A stretch of 64,000 bases of DNA from an uncultured bacterium (GTDB lineage Bacteria > Verrucomicrobiota > Verrucomicrobiia > Limisphaerales > UBA8199): positions 288,001 through 352,000 of the forward strand of contig CAVVMW010000010.1 of assembly GCA_963749495.1 (NCBI GenBank), given 5' to 3'. The position numbers were made by a program, and so were the translations under genes. The notes under the pieces are model-generated. The model saw only the letters and a list, made by a program, of their open reading frames with translations, was not told the DNA's origin and did no database searches. Positions 32,549-43,463 of the stretch are shown here, piece by piece. Positions within the stretch are counted from its first letter, which is position 1. Each line of letters begins with the position of its first letter.

Positions 32549-33142
32549 ATGAAGATTGAATCCTTGAGCTTCTGGCGGGCGCTCCTGGCGGGCATTGCGG
32601 TCGCCCTGGTATCGGGCCAGGCAGCGCGGGGCGCGACCAATCCCACGGCCCTTCAACTAATCAAGGAAGGCAACCGTTACGTGGGCGAGCAATCCAAGGA
32701 CAAGGTCATCCAGATTCACTCGGAGAAATCCGTTGGCAGCGTGACGCCCAACGTCTGGACCCTGGTGTACTACGACCCGACGGCCACCTTCAAGGCCGTC
32801 GAGGTCAAGTTCGGCGCCGGCACGATGCTGGAGGTGAAGCGGCCCATGCGGTTGCTGCAACCGGTCACGGGCGGCAATGCGCCGCTGGCTTTGGACAAGG
32901 TCAAGGTGGACTCCGACCAGGCCATTAACACCGTCCTCAAGGAACCGCTGCTGGAGAATATCAAGGTTACCTCGACCCAGCTCAAGCTGGAGCGCGGGCC
33001 GGGCGAGGTGGTGTGGAAGGTCCGGCTCTGGGCGGCCAAGGTCAACAACCCCGCGCGCACCGCCGATGTCGGCGAAGTCTGGGTTTCCGCCGCGGACGGC
33101 AAAGTCGTGAAGACGCAGTTGCACCTGGACCGCCTCACCTGA
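32549..33142 (+). CDS. Secreted hypothetical protein (PepSY-like C-terminus)
   Basis: Signal peptide, good codon usage, C-terminal EVWVSAADGKVV. Confidence 0.65.
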   Translation: MKIESLSFWRALLAGIAVALVSGQAARGATNPTALQLIKEGNRYVGEQSKDKVIQIHSEKSVGSVTPNVWTLVYYDPTATFKAVEVKFGAGTMLEVKRPMRLLQPVTGGNAPLALDKVKVDSDQAINTVLKEPLLENIKVTSTQLKLERGPGEVVWKVRLWAAKVNNPARTADVGEVWVSAADGKVVKTQLHLDRLT

Positions 33143-33157
33143 GCCTTGCGCGGCCTT

Positions 33158-34087
33158 ATGGAAAAGGTTGTCATCGTGGGTTCGGGGTGCGCCGGGTTGA
33201 CGGCGGCGCTGTACACGGCGCGGGCCAATTTGGGGCCGCTGGTCATTGCGGGCAGCCAGCCGGGCGGTCTGCTGACGACGACCACGCTGGTTGAAAACTA
33301 TCCCGGTTTTCCCGAGGGTGTGGACGGATTCGAGCTGGCGTCGCGGATGCAGAAGCAGGCCAAACGCTTTGGCGCGCGCATCCAGTTCGGCCTGGTCGAG
33401 GCGGTGGACCTGTCCAAAGACCCGTTCGTGCTGACGGTGGACGGCGAGCGGGTGGAGGCCCAGACGCTCATCGTGGCCAGCGGCGCGCGCCACCGGCACC
33501 TTGGGCTGGAGAGCGAACTCAAGCTCGAAAACAAAGGGGTGACCTATTGCGCAACCTGCAACGGCGCCCTGCCGCTCTTCCGCAACCAACCGCTCGTGGT
33601 GGTGGGAGGAGGCGATTCGGCCTGCGAAGAGGCCCTCTACCTCACCCGGTTCGGCTCCGTGGTGCATTTGGTCCACCGCCGCGAGACGCTGCGCGCCTCC
33701 AAGATCATGGCGCAACGGGCCCTTTCCCATCCCAAGATCCGCCCGATCTGGGACTCGATTGTGCTCGAAATCCTCGATGCCAGCCAGGGCAAGGTCACCG
33801 GCGTGCGGCTGACGAATCTCAAGACCAGGTCCGAGAACGTCCTGGCGTGCGCCGGGGTCTTTGTGGCCATCGGCCACGTGCCGAACACCGAACTCTTCAA
33901 AGGCCTCCTGGATATGGACGAACACGGCTACATCATCCCCAAGCGCGGCACAGCCACCAACGTGCCGGGCGTCTTTGTGGCCGGGGACTGCGCCGACCGG
34001 GTGTATCGCCAGGCCGTCACCGCGGCCGGCTCCGGCTGCGCCGCCGCCATCAATGCCGAACGCTACCTGGCGGCAAGGAACGGCTGA
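33158..34087 (+). CDS. trxB: Thioredoxin reductase
   Basis: IVGSGCAGLTAA, ENYPGFP, CATC, VVGGGDSACEEA, YRQAVTAAG. Confidence 0.96.
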   Translation: MEKVVIVGSGCAGLTAALYTARANLGPLVIAGSQPGGLLTTTTLVENYPGFPEGVDGFELASRMQKQAKRFGARIQFGLVEAVDLSKDPFVLTVDGERVEAQTLIVASGARHRHLGLESELKLENKGVTYCATCNGALPLFRNQPLVVVGGGDSACEEALYLTRFGSVVHLVHRRETLRASKIMAQRALSHPKIRPIWDSIVLEILDASQGKVTGVRLTNLKTRSENVLACAGVFVAIGHVPNTELFKGLLDMDEHGYIIPKRGTATNVPGVFVAGDCADRVYRQAVTAAGSGCAAAINAERYLAARNG

Positions 34088-34147
34088 CATTGGTCATTGG
34101 TCATTGGTCATTCCGCAGTCCGCACTCCGCATTACAGAGGGCAACTG

Positions 34148-35891
34148 TCAGGTGTTCACGTCCTCTGCCGCGGCATGCACTGGGCCCTCAGGACATCGTG
34201 GAGTGTGACCAGGCCCAGGACGTTGCCGCCCGGCTGGTCCAGCAGCACGACCAACAACGAGCCTCGATTCGATCGACCGGCCCTGGAGGTCGCTGATGGT
34301 CTGCTGGGGCAGGCAGGTAACGGCCGGCTCCAACTTGGGCGTGCGGCCCTCCTTGAGGGCCACCTGGGCTTCCTTGCGGGTGAGGATGCCGGCGAGGGTG
34401 CCGCCCGGGACGGCCGGGAACCGCTGGTACGGGTGCTGGTCCAGGAGCCGGCGGAGTTGGGCGGGGGCGAGGTCGCGGGCCAGCACGGGCCGGAAATTGG
34501 CGATGGCCGACACGGGCAGGCGCTGCCAGCTTTGCAGGTCGCGCGGCGGGATGACGTGCTCGAGCTGGTGGCCGTCCTGGACCAGTATCTCCTCGTAGAA
34601 GCTGTTCTTGTTGAGCTTGCGGCTGATCGCCTGGCTGACCAGGGCGCCCACCATCAGGGCCGGGACGAGCGAGAACTCGTGGGTCATCTCGAATACGATG
34701 AGAATGCCTGTGACGGGGGCGCGCACCACGGCGCCGAGGCAGGCGCTCATGCCGACCACCGCCAGGGCCAACTGGTCCGGGGCGGCCAACGGCAGGGCCA
34801 GGGCGCCCAGCCCCGCCAGGCAGACCCCGCACATGCCTCCCAGGAACAGGGTCGGCGAAAAAATGCCCCCGCAGCCACCCAGACCGTAGCACAAAACGGT
34901 GGCCAGCAGTTTGGTCCCCAGCAGCAGCCCGGCTATGTGCCAACTCAGGTGGTGGCTCAGCCCGGCGGAGAGGTCATCATAACCCAGGCTGAACACGCCA
35001 AGGCGGCCGGCCCCAAAATGGGCGGTCAACAAAAAAACGGATGAGCCCAACCCCCAGGTGATGACGCCGCCCAGGGCGGGCCGCGCCCAGGGCGGCACGC
35101 GCCTGAACTCCTTGCGCCGCGCCCGCAACCGCATGGTCCCCCTCTGGAACACAACCCCGACGAGCGCCGCCGCGCCGGCCACCACGGGCGTCAGAACATA
35201 GACCAGCCAACCGGAAGGCTCGACGCCGGTCATCGTGAAAGGCCGGCTGCCTGCCGACCAGGCCATGGACCACCAAGGCGCCGATGACCGAAGCCAGGAG
35301 CACGCTGCCCAGCAGGCTGCTGTTGAGGTCAGCGATGATCTCTTCGAGCACGAACGTCGTGGCCGCCAGCGGCGTGTTGAAAGCGGCCGCCAGCCCGGCC
35401 GCCGCCCCGGCCGCCGCAGCCATGCGGCGGCGTTGTTTGGGCTCGCCGAGCAAGCCGGCCAGGTGCGACGCCAGGCCCCCGGCCAGTTGCACGCTGGGGC
35501 CCTCGCGGCCCAGGCTGCAACCGCCGCCGATGCTCAGGACGCCCGCCACGTACTTGACCCACACCACCCGCCAGGGCACAAATCCGAAGTCCTTCCAAAA
35601 GGCCAGCTTGAGCTGGGGAATGCCGCTGCCCGAGGCCGTCGGGGCAAAGCGGGTGAGCAGATAGCCCACGATCAGCGAGGTCGTCACCACCACCAGCAGG
35701 CTCCCCAGCAGGAACGCCAGCGTGGATTGGTGCGAAAACTGGACGAGGGTGCCGTTGTAGAGCCAGTTCATGCCCTGTTGAAAGGCGACCGCCCCCAGAC
35801 CGGCCCCCAATCCGAAGATGCAGGTCAAGAAGATGGGCCGCCCCTGGCCCGGCAATCTCTGCGCAAACTGCGCCAGGCGATTAAGGTTCAT
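34148..35891 (-). CDS. ClC family chloride channel/antiporter with CBS domains (frameshifts near 35237 and 34250)
   Basis: GSGIP, GREGPSV, AAAFNTP, GGIFSPTL, IVFEMT. Confidence 0.88.
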
Positions 35892-35927
35892 GGTGAGGCG
35901 GCTGAGAATGTCCGCGTTCCGGGCGCG

Positions 35928-36908
35928 CTATGAGAAGATAATCTGCGAGCCGGGGGCGTTGAGCTTGACCTGGAGGAGTTGGCGGTCGCAAAAGGTTTCC
36001 TTGAGTTTGGGCTGGGCGTCTTCCGGGGCGAAGAGGAGCAGGAAGCCGCCGCCGCCCGCCCCCAGGAGCTTGCCGCCCCAGGCGCCCGCCTTGATGGCGC
36101 GCTCGTACATCTCATTGATCTCGGTGTTGGAGACCCCGCCGTCCAGGGTCCGTTTGGCCTGCCAGGCACGGTCGAGCAGTTCGCCAAATTCGCGCCAGGG
36201 GCGTTGGCCGGTGAGCAGTTCGCAGCCTTCATAGACCATGGCGCGCATGGCGCGCAGGGCCGGGGTGTTCTCCTGCACCCGCTTGAGTTGCGGCGCAACG
36301 ATGTCCGAGGCCTTGCGTTTGATGCCGGTGAAGACCAACAGGAGATGCCGCTCCAGTTCGGCCAGGCGCCGGACCGAGAGCGGCACCCGGTTGACGGCGA
36401 AATCGGTCTCGGTGCGGAACTCGACGAGGTTGAATCCGCCAAAGGCTGCCAGGACCTGGTCCTGGCAGCCCACATTCTCGTGGAGCAGGTGCCGCTCGAC
36501 ATAGATGGCCTCGCAGGCCAGTTCCATGGGCCGGAGGAACTCGCCCTTGAAGCTGTGCAGCGCGTGCAGCAGCGAGACGGTGAAAGTGGAGGAGGAACCC
36601 AGCCCGGTGAAGGCCGGCAGGTCCGCCATGGCGTGCAGCTCGATGTCCTTCTCCAACCCGCACAGCTTGAGGCATTCGCGATAGACATTGTGTTCGAGGT
36701 CGGCCAACTGGCGCGCCAGTTCGACTTTGCGGTAAGAGATGCGCACCGAGTAGTCAAACAAGCGGCTTGGGAAAGGGCTGGCCGTAATGTAGGAGTACTT
36801 GTCCACCGCCGTGGCCAGCACGGCGCCGCCTTCCTTCACGAAATACTCCGGGTAGTCGGTCCCTCCGCCGAGGAAGCTGATGCGGACCGGGGCGCGGGAA
36901 ATGATCAT
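35928..36908 (-). CDS. GHMP kinase, heptose 7-phosphate kinase (HddA)-like
   Basis: PVRISFLGGGTD, GLGSSS, GCQDQ, GGKLLGAGGGG. Confidence 0.9.
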   Translation of the reverse strand: MIISRAPVRISFLGGGTDYPEYFVKEGGAVLATAVDKYSYITASPFPSRLFDYSVRISYRKVELARQLADLEHNVYRECLKLCGLEKDIELHAMADLPAFTGLGSSSTFTVSLLHALHSFKGEFLRPMELACEAIYVERHLLHENVGCQDQVLAAFGGFNLVEFRTETDFAVNRVPLSVRRLAELERHLLLVFTGIKRKASDIVAPQLKRVQENTPALRAMRAMVYEGCELLTGQRPWREFGELLDRAWQAKRTLDGGVSNTEINEMYERAIKAGAWGGKLLGAGGGGFLLLFAPEDAQPKLKETFCDRQLLQVKLNAPGSQIIFS

Positions 36909-37639
36909 AGGAACTGGCCGAGGTTGTGCCGGATGAATGGCTCGGCCTGGGGCAGGGTCTCCGGCGTGCCGATGTCCAGAAACGGGGCGTCCACGACATG
37001 CACTTTCAAGCAGGCGCTTCGGGATGTCAACGCTGGAAACACGTCGGTCTCGAAGCTCAAGGGCAGGCGCGCCGGGAACTGGGCGAGCAACTCCGGGCGC
37101 AGCAGGTAAACGCCGGCGCTGATGATGCCCCGGCCGGGCCGCTTTTCCTGGAACCCGCGCAGCGCCCCGTCAGGCCCAAAGGCCAGGGTGCCGTAGCGCG
37201 AGGCATCCGGCACCTCGCGCCCGAGGATCACCCCGCCCGCCGTGTCGTCCAGCAGGCGGGCGGCGGCCGCCAGGTCGGCAAAGACCATCGAATCGCCGTT
37301 CAAGACCAGCCACGCGGCCGGCGAGCGGCCGCAGGCGCGCGCCGCATTCAGGAACCCGCCCGCGGTCCCCAGCGGCCGGGTCTCGGCGATGCACACTACC
37401 CTCACGCCACTGACGGGCGCGGAGGCGAAGTGCCGCTCGGTCACCTCGGCCTTGTAGCCGGTCGAGAGCACGACCTCCGCCACGCCCTGCCGCCCCAGGT
37501 AGCGCACCACCCACTCCAGGAACGGCCTGCCCGCCACGGGCGCCATGGGCTTGGGCAACCCCTCCAGCAAGTGCCGCACCCGGGTCCCAAACCCGCCCGC
37601 CAGCACCACCGCCGTAACGTCGCCAAGCTCTATAGGCAT
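36905..37639 (-). CDS. Sugar-phosphate nucleotidyltransferase (HddC-like)
   Basis: LAGGFGTR, PKPMAPV, PLGTAG, LNGDS, FLDIGTPE; overlaps the kinase start. Confidence 0.88.
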   Translation of the reverse strand: MPIELGDVTAVVLAGGFGTRVRHLLEGLPKPMAPVAGRPFLEWVVRYLGRQGVAEVVLSTGYKAEVTERHFASAPVSGVRVVCIAETRPLGTAGGFLNAARACGRSPAAWLVLNGDSMVFADLAAAARLLDDTAGGVILGREVPDASRYGTLAFGPDGALRGFQEKRPGRGIISAGVYLLRPELLAQFPARLPLSFETDVFPALTSRSACLKVHVVDAPFLDIGTPETLPQAEPFIRHNLGQFL

Positions 37640-37836
37640 ACGCCGACAAGGCCAAGCCGCGTAGATAGAACCTGCCCCGAAAACCCCGCGAGTGGGGGGA
37701 CCTTTGTCGCAGCCTTTGTCGAAACCTTTGTCGGATTGGCCATTTCTCGACAAAGGTGCCGACAAAGGCTGCGACAAAGGTCCGGAATCAGCGCTCTTGG
37801 GACAGGCTCTATATACGGCCTCATACACGATGATCC

Positions 37837-38769
37837 CTACACATTCGAATATACGCTGTTGCGCAGGATGGTGTAGGCCTTGATCAGTTCCTGGATGCCG
37901 CGGTCCAGGCTCCACTCGGGCCGGAAACCGGTGGCGGCGATGCGGGCGTTGGACACGATATAGTCCCGCTTGTCCGGGTCCTCACCGATGGGCGCTTCCA
38001 GATAAACGAACTTGGGCAGGCGCTTCCGGATGAGGGCGCACAGTTCGAGCTTCGACAGGTTGGCGTCGTCCAGGCCCACGTTGTAGGCCCGGCCTTTCAT
38101 GGTCTCGAAGCGGTCCAGGCCATGGACGAAGGCGCGGGCAACGTCGCGCACGTGGATGTAATTGCGCTTGAAGTGCCCTTCGAAGATGACGACCGCGCGG
38201 TCGGTGCAGGCCCGGTGCACAAAATCATTGACCAGCAGGTCAATGCGCATCCGGGGCGAGGCGCCAAAGACGGTGGCCAGGCGGAAGCTGATGCTGTTCT
38301 GGCGCGCCAGGACGCTCCGCTCGGCCTTGACCTTGGTCACGCCGTAGAGGGAGATGGGCCGCAGGGGCGAGTCTTCCGTGCAGGGCGCGCCCTTCTGGCC
38401 GATGCCGTAGCCGCTGTTGGTCACCGGCATCAGAATCCATTGCGCCGGCGAGGTGATCCGGCAGAGCATCTCCACTGCGTCGCAGTTGGTTGTCTGCGCC
38501 CCAACCGGGTCCCGCTCGCACAGCGGCGCGCCCACCAGGGCGGCCAGCGGGATGATCACGTCCGCCCGGGCCGCCAGCTTCTTCATCAACCCCTCGTCCC
38601 GGCCATCGCCCCGCACCACCTGGAAGGCCTCGTGCCGGCAGCAATCTGTGAGGCTGTTCTGGCGGAACATGAAGCTGTCCACCACCGTCACCTCATGACC
38701 CAACCCCAGCAGCGCGGGAGTCAACACCGACCCGATGTACCCCGCTCCGCCCGTGATGAGAATCTTCAT
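37837..38769 (-). CDS. NAD-dependent epimerase/dehydratase
   Basis: ITGGAGYIG, YGVTK, FRLATVFG. Confidence 0.92.
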   Translation of the reverse strand: MKILITGGAGYIGSVLTPALLGLGHEVTVVDSFMFRQNSLTDCCRHEAFQVVRGDGRDEGLMKKLAARADVIIPLAALVGAPLCERDPVGAQTTNCDAVEMLCRITSPAQWILMPVTNSGYGIGQKGAPCTEDSPLRPISLYGVTKVKAERSVLARQNSISFRLATVFGASPRMRIDLLVNDFVHRACTDRAVVIFEGHFKRNYIHVRDVARAFVHGLDRFETMKGRAYNVGLDDANLSKLELCALIRKRLPKFVYLEAPIGEDPDKRDYIVSNARIAATGFRPEWSLDRGIQELIKAYTILRNSVYSNV

Positions 38770-39118
38770 ACAAAAACTTAAACTGTATGGTGAAAGTATC
38801 CGGATGCGGGGGGCGAGTGTCGAGTGCCGAGTGGCGAGGGGCCAGGAGCTTCCCAAATGACGAATGACGAATGACGAATGACGAACGCCAAAGGCGCCGG
38901 ATCCATGTGCCGTTTCGTCATTCGCCATTCGTCATTCGTCATTGGCAATCCCCTGCGCCCCACCCCAGACCCAACATCCCCCCTGGCACATTCCGCGCTC
39001 CGCACTCCGCACTCCGCATTCCGCATTCGGTCCATTCGTCATTCGTCATTCGTCATTCGTCATTCGCCCCCCTGCGCCGGGCGTTGACTTGCGGGGCGGG
39101 GGCGTCCATATTCGGCGC

Positions 39119-39879
39119 ATGGACTTCGACATATGGCGTCTGCTGGAACAGTGGGAATACCAGCCTGGAGAAGTTCTCGTCCGGCGCTTTCGGAGCAAGG
39201 AGGGGCAGGAGAGGATTCAGCTTCGCGTGGATTTGGGTTTGCTGCAGATGAACGCGGAGGGGCGGCCGGACGGGAAGAGGCCCTTGGGGTATCCGTCGTT
39301 GCTGGAGTACTACCAGGCGCGGCTCTACAAACACGTGGCGGCGCACGATGGCAGCGACGAGGGATTCCGCCTGGGGCCGAGGAGTGCGCCAAACTGCAGT
39401 TGGAGGCCCTCCAATACCATCATCGCTACATCTGCCTGCTGCAACTGGAGGACTACTCGGCCGTGATCCGGGATGCCGAGCGCAACCTGGCGGTGTTTGA
39501 GTTCGTCAGCAAGCATGCCCAAAGCGAGGAACTGGCCATGGCCCTGCGCCAATTCCAGCCGCAACTGATCATGGTGCTGACCCGGGCGCGGGGCTCGCAG
39601 GCGCTCAAGGCCGGCGACCACCCCCTGGCCATCCGCTGCGCCGAAGAGGGGCTCGAGAGCATCCGCGGCTTTTACCGCGAGTTCGGCCATGCCGAGGTGG
39701 CCGACCAGAGCGCCGAGATCCAGTCGCTGCAGAACTGGCTCGAGGAACTCCGCGCCCGGCGCCCTCTGTCCCGGCGCGAGCGCCTCGAACGCGCCCTCCA
39801 GGACGCCGTCACCTCCGAGGATTACGAGCGCGCCGCCAAGGTCCGCGACGCCTTGCGCAATCTGAAGGTGACCGAGTAG
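39119..39879 (+). CDS. UvrB/UvrC motif-containing protein (frameshift near 39375)
   Basis: IQLRVDLGLLQM..EGRPDG.RP; EALQYHHRY; C-terminal EDYERAAKVRD. Confidence 0.82.
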
Positions 39880-39963
39880 CGCGCCAAGGCAAAGCTCGTC
39901 GGGAAATGCCGATGAGCACAGGGCCAGGCACGCTAAGCCCCCGGGACGATCACCTCTCCAAAT

Positions 39964-40671
39964 TTATAGGCGCGCTGTCGCTTGTAGAGGATGACATGGC
40001 TGCGGAAGAAGGTCGCTTGCCATCCGGCCCCCAGGTACATTCACGAGTTTGCGGATGAGGTCACGGGCTTTCCTCGGCACCCCGCGCAAGACAACGGGCT
40101 TGACCCCGTCGTCTTTCGGAATCTCAAATCGAAAGGTGAACGGCAGTTGCGATTTGAGCAGTTTTGCGAGAGATCCGACCGTCACGTCGTCCGGGATTTG
40201 GTCGCACACGTAATCTTCGTTGATCGGGTAGTGGCGGTCGAACCAACTGGGTTCCGTATCCTCTCGACCCCTGCCAACGTCTTTGGTGCCAAATCCTGTG
40301 CCGTTCCATTTGGCCTGGCGTAGGGCTCTGTAATGGGCGATGAGCGACGTTTCGTTCGCGATAGAGGTCCAGTTGAGGTCCATCATCAGGCACCGGAACT
40401 CGAGGTCGGCCAGCCTTATGCCCCGCCGGCCACGCAGCTTCCTATAATGCTCCTCCAGCCAATCCCTGACCTCCTGTGCCTTCCAGACAAAGACGACTTC
40501 GCGTTTGAGGGCCAATTGGTAAACGCCGGTGGCCAGTCCAATCCGTTTTTCGAACTCGCCGAGATCCTGGAGCGATTCCTGAGTCAAGGGCATGCCTCGC
40601 ATCGACTCGAGCCGCCCCTGCACTTGTCGGGTGAGTTCTCCAGGGAGATCGAATTCAAAGCGTTCGAACAT
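39964..40671 (-). pseudogene. Eco29kI-like GIY-YIG endonuclease, apparently degenerate
   Basis: GVYQL...VFVWKA...DWLEEH, ETSLI, WNGTGFG.KDVGRGR, SWFD..YP; expected YVGKA and catalytic Arg are altered. Confidence 0.7.
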
Positions 40672-40736
40672 AAGTAACCCTCCGATGCTCGGCACCGGTG
40701 ACGCCGTAGCTGCACAGGGGAAGGCAAATGGGCCGG

Positions 40737-41563
40737 TTAGATGCCGAGTTCATTTTCGAGATCGATAAGCGCCCTCTTGCGGGCGTGAAGCTCCCTTACC
40801 TTCACGAGGTTGATGAACCTAAGCTGGCCGTTGATTTCGTGAAAACTGCCGCGAACCAATTCCTGGATTTTAGGCGGGTCAGTGTCGTTGCCCACCAGGA
40901 AGATGTGGCTGTTCCAGAGGTCGAAGGCATGTTTCAACTTGGCGAGGTCGTGGTAGAGGTCGCCCTTCACATGAACTTCAAAGACGTAGGTCGGCACGGA
41001 TTGTTGGACTCTTCTCCAGACCACGTTTAATTTCCCCAGGTCGAAGGGATACTCCTCCTCGGCAAGATAACTTTGCAGGCTCCCAATTTCAACGAGTTGC
41101 CGCTTGATTTCCCCGTGGGCCGAGGGCAGCTCGACTTGGACCTCGTGGCTGTCCTTGAACTTCGAGACGAGTTCGGAAGCCAATATGGGTTCCAATTTGC
41201 GGAAACTTAACCCCGCCTTGAACCTCAAAACCTCGGAACTTATCTTGTCGGCCTCCCATCGGGCGGGTGGGAGACAGTAGCCCACGTTGAGCTCAAAGCG
41301 CAGCGGCCAGATCACGTTGCCTTTGGCCAACTCCTGAGGCCAGAGGGGCTTGGTCTGGCGAAACTTCGTCTTTATCGTTCCGTACCCGATTATCCCTGCA
41401 ACAGGCCTCATGGCATAGAAAAGGAGAACGTCATTCAGTTGCACGCTTTCCCAAAGCCTCTGCCGCTTGGCTCAAGCCCCCAAATATTGCCGAGACGGAA
41501 GGCCTCATTCCAATTGTTGATACTTCCAACTGCCATCCAGTAGTTCGGCCTGTTATTTTCCAT
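40737..41563 (-). CDS. EVE domain fused to PD-(D/E)XK-like nuclease domain (frameshift near 41470)
   Basis: Hand-translated N-terminus MENNRPNYWMAVGSINNW...NIWG joins W..V...DVLLFY; C-terminal H.EI...L.EIG, EY, LNVVW, YVFEV. Confidence 0.65.
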
Positions 41564-41852
41564 AATTTCTCAAACAGGCCCCTCGCCTGTGCGCTGCTTC
41601 TCGTTCAAACTCAGTGGAGAAGCCGGCTATCCAGGGAACCCAGCGGTGAATTGGCCGCTGTTTGTTATCGCTGAACGCGGAGTCGGCAAAACCCCCGTTC
41701 AGCTTGGTGACCCCGTTTTGCCCAGGCCGGGCAGCAGGTGAAGGTTGCGGAGGGATGAGGAGGCCTTGAAAATTCTCCTTGAACTTCAATGCGCCGGACC
41801 GATGCCCAGGGTCGGGGTATTCCAGTCTGCCGCGTTTCGCTGTTGTTGCCAC
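41553..41852 (-). pseudogene. N-terminal fragment of a DNA amino-methyltransferase
   Basis: AFSDNKQRPIHRWVPWIAGFSTEF then abrupt loss of similarity. Confidence 0.6.
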
Positions 41853-41959
41853 GTGAGTCCGGCGACATTTCTAGCACAACGCCGCCGACGGGCAAACCAT
41901 TTTATGCACACCTCGTCTGGCCTCCGCCCCGGGGCGCACGGACTCGCTCCCGGCTCCGC

Positions 41960-43141
41960 TCAGACCCCGCGAATCCACTTGCGGTCCTGCCAGACTGCCC
42001 TGAGCGAGGTCAGGTTGCGGCGGTCCAGGAGGTTCTTTGCGGCGGCCAGGAGTTTGCCGCGCCTCAGGTTGTGCCAGGCATCGCTGGCGCTGATGGCGAC
42101 GAACTGGAGGACACTGGGGTCGCGGTAGCAATCGATCATGCACCGGGTGCAGCCGTCGCGGATGAGCTTGGACTCATCGAAGTCGTAGATGTTGCACATC
42201 GGCTTGGCCCAGAAATGGCAGCGGTAGAGATCGAGCTTCCAGTCCAGGTAGAAGTACCTGTGGCCGCCCAGGCAGCCAAATCGCTCGGGCTGCCGCCGCA
42301 AATGGCGCTGCATCTCGTCGAGGGATTGGCGTGGATTGACGACCGGGAAACTGCTGCGCCGCTTCATCTGCTTGATCTTCTCGAAGACCTCGATCAGCTC
42401 GTCGGTCCGGTAATTGACCAGGTTCGAATCGCTGAAGCTCAGGTAGCTGGAGGCGAGGCTGCTCAGGGGGTAGCTGAAGGTGCAGCTTTTGAATCCGAGG
42501 GCGGCCAGGAACCCGGGCAGCTTGTCGTAATCGTCAATGAGCCGGCTGGCGGTGACGCTGGCGGTGGTTTGGACGCCGAGCCGGGCGAAGACCTCGTTGG
42601 CGCGGCGTATCTTGCCGCAGACCTCCGGCAGCCCGCGGTTCTGCTCGTGCTTGGCCGCGTCGTGGGCATCGATGGACATGATGACGCTGCTCAGGCCGTT
42701 GGCGGCCAACTGGGCCATGTTTTGGTCGGTCCAGAGCGAGCCGTTGGTGCAGACCATCGGGTGGATGCCCCGCTCGGCGGCGTAGCGGGTCATGGCGGCC
42801 AAATCCTTGTGTACCAGCGGCTCGCCGCCGACGAAGAGCAGGTAGCCGATGTGATTGCGCAGGCAGATATTGATGACGTCCCGCGCCTCCTGGAGGGTGA
42901 CGCTGCGGCGCAGCTTGGGGTCAAACCGATCCACCGCGAAGTTGCAAAAGTCGCACTTGGCGTTGCAGATGTTGGTGATGGCAAATTGGAGATAGCCGGG
43001 GCCGCCGTGGCTCAGCACCTCGCCCAGGAGCTTCCAGGGCCGTGTCTTGGGCCGGGAAACCAGGCGCGTGGACTGGCTCCCGGCGCCGACGGCGGCGTCC
43101 ACCGGGCGCCCGGCGGCTTGGGTAAGAGCAGCGGTGCTCAT
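41960..43141 (-). CDS. Radical SAM protein with C-terminal Cys-rich (SPASM-like) domain
   Basis: CNAKCDFC, FVGGEPL, CTNGS, C-terminal CLGG...C...CTRCMIDC. Confidence 0.9.
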   Translation of the reverse strand: MSTAALTQAAGRPVDAAVGAGSQSTRLVSRPKTRPWKLLGEVLSHGGPGYLQFAITNICNAKCDFCNFAVDRFDPKLRRSVTLQEARDVINICLRNHIGYLLFVGGEPLVHKDLAAMTRYAAERGIHPMVCTNGSLWTDQNMAQLAANGLSSVIMSIDAHDAAKHEQNRGLPEVCGKIRRANEVFARLGVQTTASVTASRLIDDYDKLPGFLAALGFKSCTFSYPLSSLASSYLSFSDSNLVNYRTDELIEVFEKIKQMKRRSSFPVVNPRQSLDEMQRHLRRQPERFGCLGGHRYFYLDWKLDLYRCHFWAKPMCNIYDFDESKLIRDGCTRCMIDCYRDPSVLQFVAISASDAWHNLRRGKLLAAAKNLLDRRNLTSLRAVWQDRKWIRGV

Positions 43142-43463
43142 TGCTGATAGTCCGCCCATCCTGGCGCGAAAGCAAGCGGGGAGACGATACTTTTCGACGC
43201 GCTTCGACTGCACGTGCCGTGGGCCTCGGTCACCGCGTAGCGGTGCGTGAAGGTAGCCGTGGACTTCAGTCCACGGACCGATGAGCCAGGCCCACCTGCG
43301 TCGCGTAGCGACGCTTGAAAACTTCCAGCGCGAGGCCGTCAGGCGTCGCTACGCGACGCGCGAACATTCTCACCCCCAAACCCGTGGACCGAGGTCCACG
43401 GCTACCTTCACTGCGTCGCTCCGCGACGCGCCCCGTCATTCGTCATTCGTCATTCGTCATTCG

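Noticed and set aside
41960..43141. Radical SAM gene as part of a RiPP or hopanoid cluster
   Set aside because: No precursor peptide or hpn genes are adjacent, and the HpnI-like gene is over 20 kb away.
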